A stretch of 64,000 nucleotides of DNA, taken from NCBI GenBank assembly GCA_963708075.1, contig OY970194.1, positions 896,001 to 960,000 of the forward strand. Direction: 5' to 3'. The stretch is from Sedimentisphaerales bacterium. Its GTDB lineage: Bacteria; Planctomycetota; Phycisphaerae; Sedimentisphaerales; Anaerobacaceae. This document shows, piece by piece, positions 28,970-38,733 of this stretch. The notes beneath the pieces were generated by a model, which was given only the letters and a program-made list of their open reading frames with translations, made no database searches and was not told where the DNA came from. A program made the translations under genes and the position numbers. Positions within the stretch are counted from its first letter, which is position 1. Every line of letters begins with the position of its first letter.

Positions 28970-29509
28970 ATGGAAATACGAAAAGTAAACGAATCAGACG
29001 GTCCGATGCTGCGGGAACTCCATCTGCGGATGTATGCGGATTCGCCGAATGCGTTTGGGGAGAGCCTGGCGGAGGCACAGGCGATGCCGATGGAGCGGTG
29101 GGAGGGGCGGGCGCGGAAGCTCGCAGACGCGGGCGAGGCCGTGGGATTCGTGGCGGTGGAGGGAGACAGGGTTGTCGGGTTCATCGCCGGACTTGTCGGA
29201 CAGTACCGGGATGGCGAGGTTCACAGCGACGTGCGTGAGACCGTGACGATGGCGAGGGCCTGGGTGGACCCGCAGTCGCGACGAATGGGGATCGCGCGGG
29301 CGATGGCAAATGCCGTGGAATCCTGGGCCTGCGAAAAAGGGGCAAAAATGCTCGAAGTGCAGGTGACGGAGAACAACGGCCCGGCCATCGAGTTCTACAG
29401 GAAGCTTGGCTTCGCCGACACCGGCCGGCGCGAGCCGCTGCTATCCAATCCGACCCTCCAGATCCACTTCCTCAATCGGTCGCCGCGGTGCGCGGACCGG
29501 CCGCGATAG
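28970..29509 (+). CDS. GNAT acetyltransferase
   Basis: WVDPQSRRMGIA and NGPAIEFYRKLGF motifs. Confidence 0.85.
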   Translation: MEIRKVNESDGPMLRELHLRMYADSPNAFGESLAEAQAMPMERWEGRARKLADAGEAVGFVAVEGDRVVGFIAGLVGQYRDGEVHSDVRETVTMARAWVDPQSRRMGIARAMANAVESWACEKGAKMLEVQVTENNGPAIEFYRKLGFADTGRREPLLSNPTLQIHFLNRSPRCADRPR

Positions 29510-30134
29510 CCGCTTGCTTGAGCCGCTCGATGTCCAGGTCGCGGATGTATCTGACGAGGTTCTGCCAGCCGCTGTAGAAGCCGAAGCCGCCCTGGGTCAT
29601 CTCGGCGATGGCCTGCTCCTTGGTCCAGCCCTGCACGGCCACGCGATAGATCGCCGTCATCATCCCCGTGCGGTCGGCGCCGCGGCGGCAATGCACGAAC
29701 ACCGGCGTGCGATCTTTGTCCATGACAGTCTGCAGGAATTGCACGACATCCTTATCCTCCGGCTGCCAGGCCGTGGAGGGGATTCGCACATAGGTCATGC
29801 CGGTCCCGCGAAGATCATCCGGCGCGCCTGAGGAACGCAGATCGATGACCGTCTTGATTCCGAGCTTCTGTAACTGCCGTATTCCCTCCGGCGTCGGCTC
29901 CGCGCCGCGATACAACTCATCCGAAACCTTGTGCAGGTTCGGCAGGCCTGCCGACTCCATCGCGTCGGCCCAGTCGCCGGATGACGCGTTGCTCGCCACC
30001 CGGGTGTCGTTGTCCACCCCCAGAGGCAGCGGCCCCGCCCAATAATGACAGCCTGGGATTGCTCCCCCCACAAGCAGGGCGCACGCCAGCAGGGGCCAGA
30101 TCAACCATCGATAGAATCGCGTTTCGTATAGCAT
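29472..30134 (-). CDS. Dual-specificity/tyrosine phosphatase family protein, probably exported
   Basis: VFVHCRRGADRTG (CX5R) and LYRGAEP motifs; hydrophobic N-terminus. Confidence 0.85.
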   Translation of the reverse strand: MLYETRFYRWLIWPLLACALLVGGAIPGCHYWAGPLPLGVDNDTRVASNASSGDWADAMESAGLPNLHKVSDELYRGAEPTPEGIRQLQKLGIKTVIDLRSSGAPDDLRGTGMTYVRIPSTAWQPEDKDVVQFLQTVMDKDRTPVFVHCRRGADRTGMMTAIYRVAVQGWTKEQAIAEMTQGGFGFYSGWQNLVRYIRDLDIERLKQAAIAAGPRTAATD

Positions 30135-30208
30135 AGCACTCTTACCGCCCGAACGGCCAATGTGTTCATCTCCTGATTGCATTTGTGCAGGCTTTTGGGC
30201 ATTGTATC

Positions 30209-30301
30209 GGGTGGCAGCGGCAAGCGGAGTCTTCGGAGCTTGCCGATGGCTCTCTCGGACCCAGGCAAAGCCATCGGCAGACAAGTTTGCCGATGCCACC
30301 C
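30209..30301. repeat. GGGTGGCAGCG palindromic element
   Basis: Same arms as the 21160 copy. Confidence 0.8.
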
Positions 30302-30381
30302 ACCACTGTTCTCGTTAGAAGGCCTGGATCAAGCTCGTGGAGGACTGCCCTTTCATTCTTACAGACACCCTTGATTGCCCT

Positions 30382-31353
30382 TTACTTGGCTGACGGGGCG
30401 GGCCGGCCGGACTTCGGCCGCTTGGCGAGTAGCAGGATCTGCCTGGTGATACTCCGGCAAACGTGTGTGAAGGAGAACTTCACGGGGGCCAGGTCCGGCA
30501 TTTGAAAATCGGTGATGGGCGAGGGCAGGGCGTCGCCGAGGATCTCGATCTGATCAAGGTCCGCGCAGCCGAAGCCGGTCCGTTTTGCGGTCACGATGAT
30601 CGGCACCTGCTCGGGCTGGATATTCACAAGCCGGCAGCAGACCCTCTCGCAGGCGATGGGATCGGTGCCGCCGATGAGCCAGCCCAGCGGCTTGCTCGGA
30701 CCGCGGATGGGGCCCTGGCCTTCCATCGCGACGATGCCGTCGATGATCGTCAGGACGGGATGAAGATACCGGTAGGTGTCGATGAGCATCTCATAGAATT
30801 CGTCCGGGTTGCCGCCTTTGCGGAAATGCCACAAGGCCTTGTGCTTGCCGCTGATGCAGCCGAACATGTTCTTGACGGCGAAGGTGGCGACCAACTGCTG
30901 GTGGGCCTTGAATTTCGGCAGGTTGATGATGGCATCGGCCTCCAGCGCCAGGGTGCTGATGCCCACTCTCGGCTTGCCGGGTCCGAGCCGGCATTTCTTC
31001 GGCGCGTCCAGTTCCTTGAGGGGCACACCGAGTTTCGCCAGCGGCTCCGTGAGTTCCAGAGCGCGGGCACAGGTGGCCGCATTCGTCCAGGCGGACGAGT
31101 CCCCGACAAACGGCTTGGCGCCGAAATCTTTCAGCATTCGGGCCAGTTCGAGGATCACAGTGGGATGCGTCTGTGCGGCACTGACGTGATGCGAGCGGGG
31201 AGCGATGAAATTGGGTTTGATCAGGACTGTATCGCCGCGTTTGATGAATCGCGCCATACCGCCGAGCAGATCGAACTGCCGCCGGACCGCTTGCGCGACC
31301 CGCCCGGGATCGTAGTCATCACATCGAGTTAGCACAACATTGGCCGAAGGCAT
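30382..31353 (-). CDS. DUF362 domain protein
   Basis: VLIKPN, THP, INLPKFKAH, AVKNMFG, DGIVAMEGQGP and DPIACE motifs. Confidence 0.85.
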   Translation of the reverse strand: MPSANVVLTRCDDYDPGRVAQAVRRQFDLLGGMARFIKRGDTVLIKPNFIAPRSHHVSAAQTHPTVILELARMLKDFGAKPFVGDSSAWTNAATCARALELTEPLAKLGVPLKELDAPKKCRLGPGKPRVGISTLALEADAIINLPKFKAHQQLVATFAVKNMFGCISGKHKALWHFRKGGNPDEFYEMLIDTYRYLHPVLTIIDGIVAMEGQGPIRGPSKPLGWLIGGTDPIACERVCCRLVNIQPEQVPIIVTAKRTGFGCADLDQIEILGDALPSPITDFQMPDLAPVKFSFTHVCRSITRQILLLAKRPKSGRPAPSAK

Positions 31354-31356
31354 GGG

Positions 31357-32211
31357 TTATTCGGTAATGCCCCCGCAAATCAGGACATAAACGCGGGCGC
31401 TGGACTTGAACTTCGGCGGATCGGATCGGGTCGGGTCGAAGAACAGACGGCCCTGCGGGTTATTGAAGAACAGCCCGCCGAGAGTAAGCTGCTCGCCCGT
31501 GTAGGCATCGGGGCCCAGAAGCAGGAAATCACCCGGCCCCATCTGGGTGGCAAAGGCGGCCGGAGCGAAGTAAAACTCATTTTTGCGAGCCATCAGGTGC
31601 AACTGGGGGATGGCCGCCGAGGTCGGCAGGGTATAAGTAGGATATGCAATGATCTTGCGCACGCCGCGGGCCCAGGGGATCGGCTCCGCCCGCAGCCGCA
31701 GCACGAGCGAGCCCGGCCCGACGTTCACGGTCTGGCTCGCCAGATTGTTGCCCACGAACGCGATCGTGCGGCCCGCCGGAAGGTCCGCAATCGGCAGGTC
31801 GCTGGTATCGCTGTCGGGAATCGCCAGCGACAGCGTCGCCGTCCTCTGGGCGCCCGCCTCCGCCAGGGCCTGCTGAGTCTTCTCCCACGCTTCCATCCGC
31901 CCGGATTTCACGCGGAACGAATTGTTCGTGAAGGCGTTATAGCTGCTCATGAAGACACCCTTGGGCGAGAGCTGACGCCAGAGGTCATCGAGCTGGTCCA
32001 CGTTCTCGCCCGGCAGCTCGAGTATGCGAATCTCCATCTGAACCGTGGCAAAGAACCTGGCTTTCTCCCGGTCCTTCTCCCTCACGGTCGAAGCCAGGTC
32101 GCCGATCTTGACGTTCTGCCAGATCTGCCGTTCCTCTCTCGGGGCGTCTGCGCAGCCTGCCATGCCGGCAAGCCCAAGCATCAGCGTCAGAAAACCAGGT
32201 ACACGAGCCAT
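31357..32211 (-). CDS. Hypothetical lipoprotein
   Basis: Lipobox-like MAGC; TTGACA-17-TAGTCT promoter at 32219-32247. Confidence 0.65.
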   Translation of the reverse strand: MARVPGFLTLMLGLAGMAGCADAPREERQIWQNVKIGDLASTVREKDREKARFFATVQMEIRILELPGENVDQLDDLWRQLSPKGVFMSSYNAFTNNSFRVKSGRMEAWEKTQQALAEAGAQRTATLSLAIPDSDTSDLPIADLPAGRTIAFVGNNLASQTVNVGPGSLVLRLRAEPIPWARGVRKIIAYPTYTLPTSAAIPQLHLMARKNEFYFAPAAFATQMGPGDFLLLGPDAYTGEQLTLGGLFFNNPQGRLFFDPTRSDPPKFKSSARVYVLICGGITE

Positions 32212-32607
32212 GACGGCCAGACTACCGGCGGCATCGGCCTTTGTCAACGCAAGCACCCATGCCCATGCCAGGCGGGCTGTGTCTGTGCAGATCTCAGGGC
32301 ACGGTGCCGGGTTAGTTTCACGGATACGGCAAGCTTGCGTCTGCGGTCGTCATCGCTACTACCGATTCGACTCCCGGAAAATCAACAATCACCGATGATA
32401 ACCACCGGGTGAGGATACATCCGATAACACCTCCGGCCATCAGCCCCGCACAACTCTGTTGGCGAGTTTGACCGGCCGGAAGGCGGCAGGGGGCCGGTCT
32501 CTGACCTCTCGAAAGGCGGTCCTGTGGATTCATGGTTAAGCCGCCCCTTCCTCTGGTCGATTGTCCTTGTGTAAAGCGGCACCACCCTTGAGCAACACCG
32601 TTGAAAA

Positions 32608-32982
32608 ATGGAGGTACACGGCATGAAGATCGGATGGATTGAAACATTTGAATGTGACCTCACGGACGAGCAGAAACAACTGTGCGGATGGATCGCGGAG
32701 CAGGCCAGAGCCGGGGTGAAGCGGGTCAACTATAAGGAGGCTCAGGCCGTACTGAACATCGAACACGAGAAAGACCTGACCTGCATGCTCCGAAATCTGC
32801 GGGAGCGCCTGGATCAGATTCATGCCATCATCCAGTCGCCAATCGTGCACACGAACACCCCGTATTTCGAGATTCATCCGATCGCCGATCACATCTGGAA
32901 TCGGTATCTCCAGGCGGAAGAACAAACCACGTACTCTGAACCGGATGTGTTCAATCTGCGGACAGCCCCGGTCCCCTGTTGA
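32608..32982 (+). CDS. Hypothetical protein
   Basis: Plausible composition; GGAGG RBS before the second ATG (32623). Confidence 0.55.
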   Translation: MEVHGMKIGWIETFECDLTDEQKQLCGWIAEQARAGVKRVNYKEAQAVLNIEHEKDLTCMLRNLRERLDQIHAIIQSPIVHTNTPYFEIHPIADHIWNRYLQAEEQTTYSEPDVFNLRTAPVPC

Positions 32983-33348
32983 CCGGGTGTCGTGAGGAGT
33001 CATTCACCAAGGCTCTGCTTATCGGAGGAGAACCAGACTATGCTCGTCAAAGTGAATCTTGCCGGCTCGTCGAATGTCAGTCAGAACACCGCGGCGGAGG
33101 AGAGACTGGGGTGCTACAGGCTGTGGGCAAAACCCAAGGAGCCCCGCAAGGCCGTTCGCGGCAGACCCGGCCACATGGTGCTTGGACCGTATCCGCTCGG
33201 CACACGCAAGTGAGTGCACCGTCAATCTTGTCACGCCTTCATTTACGCTGCGCACTATCGCACAACGGATTGGATGAGACGTGTCTCTGAAACAGGCCGG
33301 CAGTCCTGTGGCAGCCTTCTAATAGTCACTTCTTAGATAGAAAACGAC

Positions 33349-33442
33349 GGGTGGCAGCGGCAAGCGTCAGCTTGCCGATGGCTTCCCCGTACTGCGGACC
33401 ACCATCGGCAAGCTCCGCAGGCTGCGCCTGCCGCTGCCACCC
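33349..33442. repeat. GGGTGGCAGCG palindromic element
   Basis: Same arms as the other copies. Confidence 0.85.
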
Positions 33443-33658
33443 ATACTCAACGCCCTGAAATCTCCGCGGAAACCCTGGGGCCAGCAGCGGGGTGTGGTCG
33501 GAATATGGGGGCGGTCCATACGATTTCTCGTAGGCTGAGCGTCCCCGCTCGCCTATTTTGAGAGCTTGTGACCGCTGGGGATGTCGTGCGAAGACGCTCG
33601 CCCTACGTGAGGCTTGAATCCGCCACCGAATGCGGACCGCACTGTCGGCGGTTTCTCC

Positions 33659-33687
33659 TTGAAACCGGGGTCCCGCCGGCCTATAAT
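33659..33687 (+). promoter_or_regulatory. Sigma70 promoter of parA
   Basis: TTGAAA-17 bp-TATAAT. Confidence 0.65.
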
Positions 33688-33760
33688 CAACTGAGGACAT
33701 CGGGTGATGAGTGCAGGGACGCCAGGACGATTTGCTGCGTTGTTGACTCATGCTGGCTGA

Positions 33761-34570
33761 ATGCAAATCATAGCTGTGGCGAATCAGAAGGGTGGTTGCG
33801 GCAAGACCACGACGGCCATCAATTTGGCGGCTGCACTGGCCGCCATGGGATGCAAGGTCTTGCTTGTGGACCTCGATCCGCAGGGCCACGCCAGCCTCGG
33901 ACTCGGCTACAACCCCAACGACTTCGACAAGACGGTGTACCATACGCTGGTCGGTAACCTCATGCCCGTGTCATCCATCGCCGTAGGCACGAATATCAAC
34001 CGGCTTCATCTTTTGCCCAGCAACGTGCTTCTGGGGGGCGCCGAGCTGGAGTTGCGAGGCATTCCCGGCAAGGAGTTCATTCTCAGCGAACAACTGCGGG
34101 GTGTCTCCCGCCAGTACGACATATGTCTCATCGATTGTGCTCCATCGCTCGGCCTGCTGATGCTCAAGGCGCTCATCGCCAGCACCCATGTCATTGTCCC
34201 CGTCCAGGCCCATTTCTACTCGCTGGACGGCCTCAAGCGGCTGCTTGAAACGATCCGCGTGGTCCGCACGAGGTTCTATCCTTGCGTGGTCCAGCCGCTC
34301 GGCTTGTTGCTGACCTTCATGGAGGACCGAACGCTTCTGTGCAAACGGATCGAGACCGGCCTGAGGAAACTCTTCGGGCCGCTGGTCTTTGACACGATGA
34401 TTCACAAGAACGTCGCCTTGGCGGAAGCCCCGAGCGCAGGGCAGTCCGTGCTCGACTTCGCCCCCGAGAGCAGGGGCGCGGAGGAGCACCGTGCTCTGGC
34501 CCAGGAGATCGTGACCCGCCTGCAAGGCCCCGAGGTCATCGACGTCCCCGCGAGCGGGCACACGCACTAA
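33761..34570 (+). CDS. parA: ParA/Soj family ATPase
   Basis: NQKGGCGKTTT deviant Walker A; DLDPQG, IDCAPSLG and LAEAPSAG motifs. Confidence 0.9.
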   Translation: MQIIAVANQKGGCGKTTTAINLAAALAAMGCKVLLVDLDPQGHASLGLGYNPNDFDKTVYHTLVGNLMPVSSIAVGTNINRLHLLPSNVLLGGAELELRGIPGKEFILSEQLRGVSRQYDICLIDCAPSLGLLMLKALIASTHVIVPVQAHFYSLDGLKRLLETIRVVRTRFYPCVVQPLGLLLTFMEDRTLLCKRIETGLRKLFGPLVFDTMIHKNVALAEAPSAGQSVLDFAPESRGAEEHRALAQEIVTRLQGPEVIDVPASGHTH

Positions 34571-35717
34571 GTAGGTAGCCAAAAGTCTTCACACAAAAGC
34601 CTTGAGCCAGAAATCCGCCGACAAGACACCGGCTTTGCGGAGGCCCTGGGTCGCAGTTAGTCCCAAGAGCCACTGTTCCGCGTAGGCCGCCTCATCATCA
34701 ATCGTTTGGAACTGGCGATTGGCCGCAATCAACCGTTTCAACTCCTTCCAGAGATGATCCTGAGAGTTCAGTTCCGGGCACTGCTTCGGCAACCACAAGA
34801 GGGTCACCTCCAAGTGGGTGGCCAGTCGTTGGCTTTTGATCGCCTGATGAAAAGAGGCCTTGTCCAGCAACAGCCAAATCGGGCGTCCGGGATACCGTCG
34901 CCGCAACTCCCGCAGGAAGGCTTGAAAGTCCTCTTGCCGCTGGCGGGGCCGACGCAGGACCACCCGGTGTCCGGTTCGTGGATTGATCGTGCCGAACAGA
35001 ACCCGTTTGTCGTTTTGACCCGTGATCTTGACCTGCGCCTGTTCGCCGCGAAACGCCCACACATAGCGCAAGGGCGGAAACCAGCGGAGGATGGTCGCAT
35101 CCGAAAACAACAGCACCGCCCGCGCCGGCATCCGTTTCAGGCGGCGAACCAGGCCCCCTTTTTCTGGGCTCGGTTCGGGTCCTTGGTCGCATAGACATAC
35201 CGGGGACGTTTCCACCGCAGATCCAAGTCCCGCATCCGCCGCCGCAGGGTACGAGGCGAGATTGCACACCCGTACCTTTGCTGGAGGTGATCTGCCAGCA
35301 AGGACACCGTCCAACCCGTGGCGCGATAGCCCAAACGCATCGGGTCCCGGCGGAACTCGTGTACCAGACGGGCGTCCGTGATCGGCGTGGCGACCGGAGG
35401 CCGTCCGGAACGCGGTGCGTCCTGCAGGCGGTCTGGACAATGGGTGTGCAGATAGGCCCGCACCCAGCGATAGACGCTCCACGGCCGGGTCCCGGTGATC
35501 TGCGCTGCTTCCGGAACCGTCCGACCCTGGGCCACCAACAGGATCGCTCCGATACGCCGGTAGGTGCGAATGTCAGCGACCCCCTGTAAGGCCCGCGTAA
35601 GACGATGTTTATCATATCGATCGAAACCACGTTCTGAGGCGCTCTTCGTTCTTCGCATGTACCCCATCATACACGCGAAGAGAATCGTTCCTGTGAAAAC
35701 TTTTGGCTACCTACTTA
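34568..35717 (-). mobile_element. IS630 family insertion sequence (coordinates include the duplicated TA)
   Basis: Terminal IRs TA-AGTAGGTAGCCAAAAGT(C/T)TTCACA with 1 mismatch; TA duplication; reconstructed target CTAG; split HTH + DDE transposase. Confidence 0.93.
34589..35670 (-). CDS. IS630 transposase in two ORFs joined by a probable -1 programmed frameshift
   Basis: OrfA 35137-35670 is HTH-type (RSGRP, GWTVSLLA). OrfB is DDE-type (FSDAT, LLDKASFH, PELNSQDHLW). Slippery AAAAAGGGGG at ~35154-35163. Confidence 0.88.
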
Positions 35718-35836
35718 GGCGGTCGTCCCGTGCCGTCGGCAACTCTTGGTGACTGTCTCAGAACCACACCTTGGCTTGTCATTGCGAGTCCCTGCGCCGC
35801 TGCGCGGCTGGTGCCGGGAAGAAACGAGATGGTTTC

Positions 35837-35914
35837 GGTGCCATGCTTACGCTCGCGTAAGCATGCGTTGCCCATCGAGTGGAACATGTCTACGCAAGCG
35901 TAGACATGGCACCC
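35837..35914. repeat. GGTGCCATG REP doublet, copy 1
   Basis: GGTGCCATGCTTACGCTCGCGTAAGCATG..CATGTCTACGCAAGCGTAGACATGGCACC. Confidence 0.85.
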
Positions 35915-36021
35915 AACCAGCCGGTTTCTCAGGAGTGAAGCGAAGCAGTCTCCCATCCCCGGGATTGAGATTGCTTCGTCGTTGTGCTGCGCAACGCCAT
36001 TCACCGTTTTGAGATGATGCC

Positions 36022-36447
36022 TTAGTGACTCACATCGCCCAGGATTCGGGCGACTCGACGAGCGTACTCCAGCGTGGATGGCTTCCTGTGGCCGTTGGGG
36101 CCGCCGTTGTGAATTCGGGCCATCTCCAGGAGGCTGCATCCCGGACCATAGTGCAGCAGGTAAGCCTTGACGACCTCTCGGGCTTTTGCCTGGTCGGCTG
36201 CCTGCTCGTAGTCCCAGTCAACGCCGAGGAACCTCGTGCCGTCAGCCCAGTAAGCACGGTGAATCTGGTATACGCCAGACGCTTCCCCACCGTCGCCCTT
36301 CACACTGGGATTGTTGCGGCTCTCCACCCTCGCGATTGCGTCCAGCAGCAGATCGATTCCGCCGGAATCGGCCTCATGGATACTCCCGACCCCAGCGACC
36401 CGCGGCCAGGCCGCTACGGCAATCCATACAAACACCGCCACTCTCAT
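36022..36447 (-). CDS. Secreted lysozyme-fold protein resembling invertebrate-type (destabilase) lysozyme
   Basis: AIARVES (candidate catalytic Glu), GVYQIHRAYWADG and ARIHNGGPNG motifs. Confidence 0.75.
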   Translation of the reverse strand: MRVAVFVWIAVAAWPRVAGVGSIHEADSGGIDLLLDAIARVESRNNPSVKGDGGEASGVYQIHRAYWADGTRFLGVDWDYEQAADQAKAREVVKAYLLHYGPGCSLLEMARIHNGGPNGHRKPSTLEYARRVARILGDVSH

Positions 36448-36711
36448 CGCATGTCCCCCAATGGTCACCTGTCCTCACGGTTGCGGCCTGAGAGCGTTCA
36501 GACCCCAACACTGTCACGATCTTCCCGGGTATACGGCGACTGGTCGCCGCGGTGCGGTAAATCGGTCCCATGCGATGATGTTTTTCAGCAGGCAGCACGT
36601 GCCGCTGCCACCCGTGCTTTCCTCCCCTGAAGGCGGTAGTTCGGCTGGTCGGTCACTTGTCGAGTTGTCGGGCCGCTGCGTGGTTGGTGTCCGGGAGAAA
36701 CAGGATAGTCT

Positions 36712-36790
36712 GGGTGCCATGCTTACGCTCGCGTAAGCATGCTCTGTCCATCGAACAAAACATGTCTACGCAAGCGTAGACATGGCACCC
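36712..36790. repeat. GGTGCCATG REP doublet, copy 2
   Basis: Arms identical to the 35837 copy; spacer diverged. Confidence 0.85.
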
Positions 36791-36850
36791 GGCGTGGGTG
36801 TGGTCGGAATTTGGTGGCGGCGTGTAGCCGCCGTGTGCGGACTGCGCCTC

Positions 36851-37060
36851 TTTCGTCCCTTACGGGACTGGCTTTTGTCCTCGGCCCCGGTTCCCCAGCG
36901 ATCAATCGCTGGGCTATTCTCTATCGCCCTGCGGGCTTGGACTTCGCTCCAGTCCTCTTGCGTCGGCCCGTCCGCCCCACGGGGGCGATCGACACTAGCC
37001 CACCGTTTCAACGGTGGGTACGATAGTCAATCCTGTCTCAAAGCCCCGTAGGGGCGAAAG
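36851..37060. repeat. Cluster of short REP-like hairpins
   Basis: GTCCCTTACGGGAC, CCCAGCGATCAATCGCTGGG, CCCACCGTTTCAACGGTGGG and GCCCCGTAGGGGC. Confidence 0.7.
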
Positions 37061-37154
37061 AAGACTGGGCTGCGCTCTTGTGTCGGTTGGAATCCGAATC
37101 CGCCACCGAATGCCGACCGCACCCGCCGGCGTGGGCATGGCCCCATCTATCTGG

Positions 37155-38519
37155 TCACTTGTCGAGCGTCTTGATTCTGAGGTTGCGGAACTCGACCTGG
37201 TCGCCATGGCCGAGGAAGCCAATGCGGCCGGTCGGGTTCTTGAGCCCGGGGTGTTGCTGGTGGTCGAGCGTCTGCGGCGTGCTGGCCTTCTCGATATCCG
37301 CATCGACAATCGTCACGCCGTTGAGCTTCACGGTGATCTGCTTACCTTTGGCGGTGATTTCCTCGCTGTTCCACTCGCCCACGGGCTTGAGGTGGCCCGG
37401 CTTGGCGGCGACCACGCCGTAGATTGAGCCGTGATGCTGGTAGTCCTTGAGCCAGCCGGCGTAGCGGGGGGAGTCCTCGTCCAGAACCTGGATCTCCATT
37501 CCCCTGTAAGCTGAGTCGCCGTCCATCGATGTGCGAATCCCGATGCCGTTGTTGGCGCCGGGGGTCAGGCGAAATTCGAAGCGGAACGCGAAGTCGCTGT
37601 AGTCCTTGTCGGTGTACAGGTTTCCGCCGCCGCCTTTTGTCGGGTCAACAACGATCACGCCGTCCTTGACGACGTAGCCTTCCTTGTTGCCGACCCAGCC
37701 GGTCAGGTCCGTGCCATTGAAGAGCTGCGCGAAGCCCTGCGACTTCTCCTCGTCGGTGAGGGTGTTGACCGCCTTTTCGCGGGGGATCTCGCGGATGTAG
37801 ATGTTTCGGAAGTAGAGGAAGTTGCCATGATTCTGCAGCTCGATCTGTCCCGTCGGATAGATGGGCTTGTCGCGCTCCCAGTAGTTCTCCATGACCACGT
37901 TATCGACCACGAGTTCATCATTGAGAATGACAGTGACCTTCTCGCCGATCATGGTGATGCGGAAGGTGTTCCACTCCTCGATAGGTTTGTCCGCGATTTT
38001 CGTCGGCTTGCTCGGGTTCTTCTGATTGTTGTAGAGTCCGCCGGAGCCGACCTGGGCGCCGACGAGTTTGTTGGCCGTGTCCCAGATCTGCACCTGGGGC
38101 GAGCCGCGCAGGTAGATGCCGCTATCGCCGGCCTTCAGGATCTTCCAGTCCACGAGCATTTCGAAGTCGCCGTAGTCTTTCGCCGTGCATAGACTTCGGC
38201 CTTTGCCATCGAAAGTGAGCACGCCATCGACCACGCTCCAGTGGGCCCGCATGTTCTCATCGGCCTCCTGCTGCAGCTTGGCACGCTCATCCGGAGACAG
38301 TTCCGCCCGCTTGGCCGGATTGTCATAGGGTCCTTTGAGCAGGCCCTTCCAGCCGGTCAGGTCCTTCCCGTTGAAAAGGGCCACAAACCCCGCCGACGGT
38401 TGATTCAAGGGTCGTTGCGGGGCGTCGCCGGCCCATGCACTCCACGCCACGCCCAGGACAACCAGCGAAACCACAATCAACATACAACGTGTGCCCGGAT
38501 GGAATGTCTGCCTTCTCAT
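37155..38519 (-). CDS. Secreted tandem DUF1080 (3-keto-disaccharide hydrolase-like) protein
   Basis: Two LFNGxDLTGW..GDSG/NNG..WN..G.I.L/F modules. Confidence 0.85.
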   Translation of the reverse strand: MRRQTFHPGTRCMLIVVSLVVLGVAWSAWAGDAPQRPLNQPSAGFVALFNGKDLTGWKGLLKGPYDNPAKRAELSPDERAKLQQEADENMRAHWSVVDGVLTFDGKGRSLCTAKDYGDFEMLVDWKILKAGDSGIYLRGSPQVQIWDTANKLVGAQVGSGGLYNNQKNPSKPTKIADKPIEEWNTFRITMIGEKVTVILNDELVVDNVVMENYWERDKPIYPTGQIELQNHGNFLYFRNIYIREIPREKAVNTLTDEEKSQGFAQLFNGTDLTGWVGNKEGYVVKDGVIVVDPTKGGGGNLYTDKDYSDFAFRFEFRLTPGANNGIGIRTSMDGDSAYRGMEIQVLDEDSPRYAGWLKDYQHHGSIYGVVAAKPGHLKPVGEWNSEEITAKGKQITVKLNGVTIVDADIEKASTPQTLDHQQHPGLKNPTGRIGFLGHGDQVEFRNLRIKTLDK

Positions 38520-38567
38520 CGAGTCATTCTCCTTTTCTATCCGATACCATTGCTTCGGAATCTCCAC

Positions 38568-38596
38568 GTAGGGGCGGGTTTCAAACCCGCCCGTAC
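38568..38596. repeat. GTAG-type REP hairpin
   Basis: GTAGGGGCGGGTTTCAAACCCGCCCGTAC. Confidence 0.7.
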
Positions 38597-38733
38597 TATA
38601 TGCCGGTATACTGACCCCGTCAAGCCTCGAAGTCCCATTATTGGCTGGCGTATGTTTGTTGAGCCCGCTACAATCTCGGTCTCAGTGGCTTGGGACAATC
38701 GGTTGTGACCGCCCACGGGCGTACAGGTGAGCG

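Noticed and set aside
26192..29509. Integron cassette array (run of small co-oriented GNAT/NUDIX/membrane genes)
   Set aside because: Spacers are very short or overlapping, no attC-like RYYYAAC..GTTRRRY palindromes were seen, and there is no integrase.
32470..32500. SRP RNA (GCCGGAAGGC loop)
   Set aside because: The conserved CAGG/AGCAG internal-loop bases are missing and no long enclosing helix is evident.
33761..34570. Plasmid or prophage partition module
   Set aside because: No parB, replication or phage genes nearby; it looks like a stand-alone chromosomal Soj-like ATPase.
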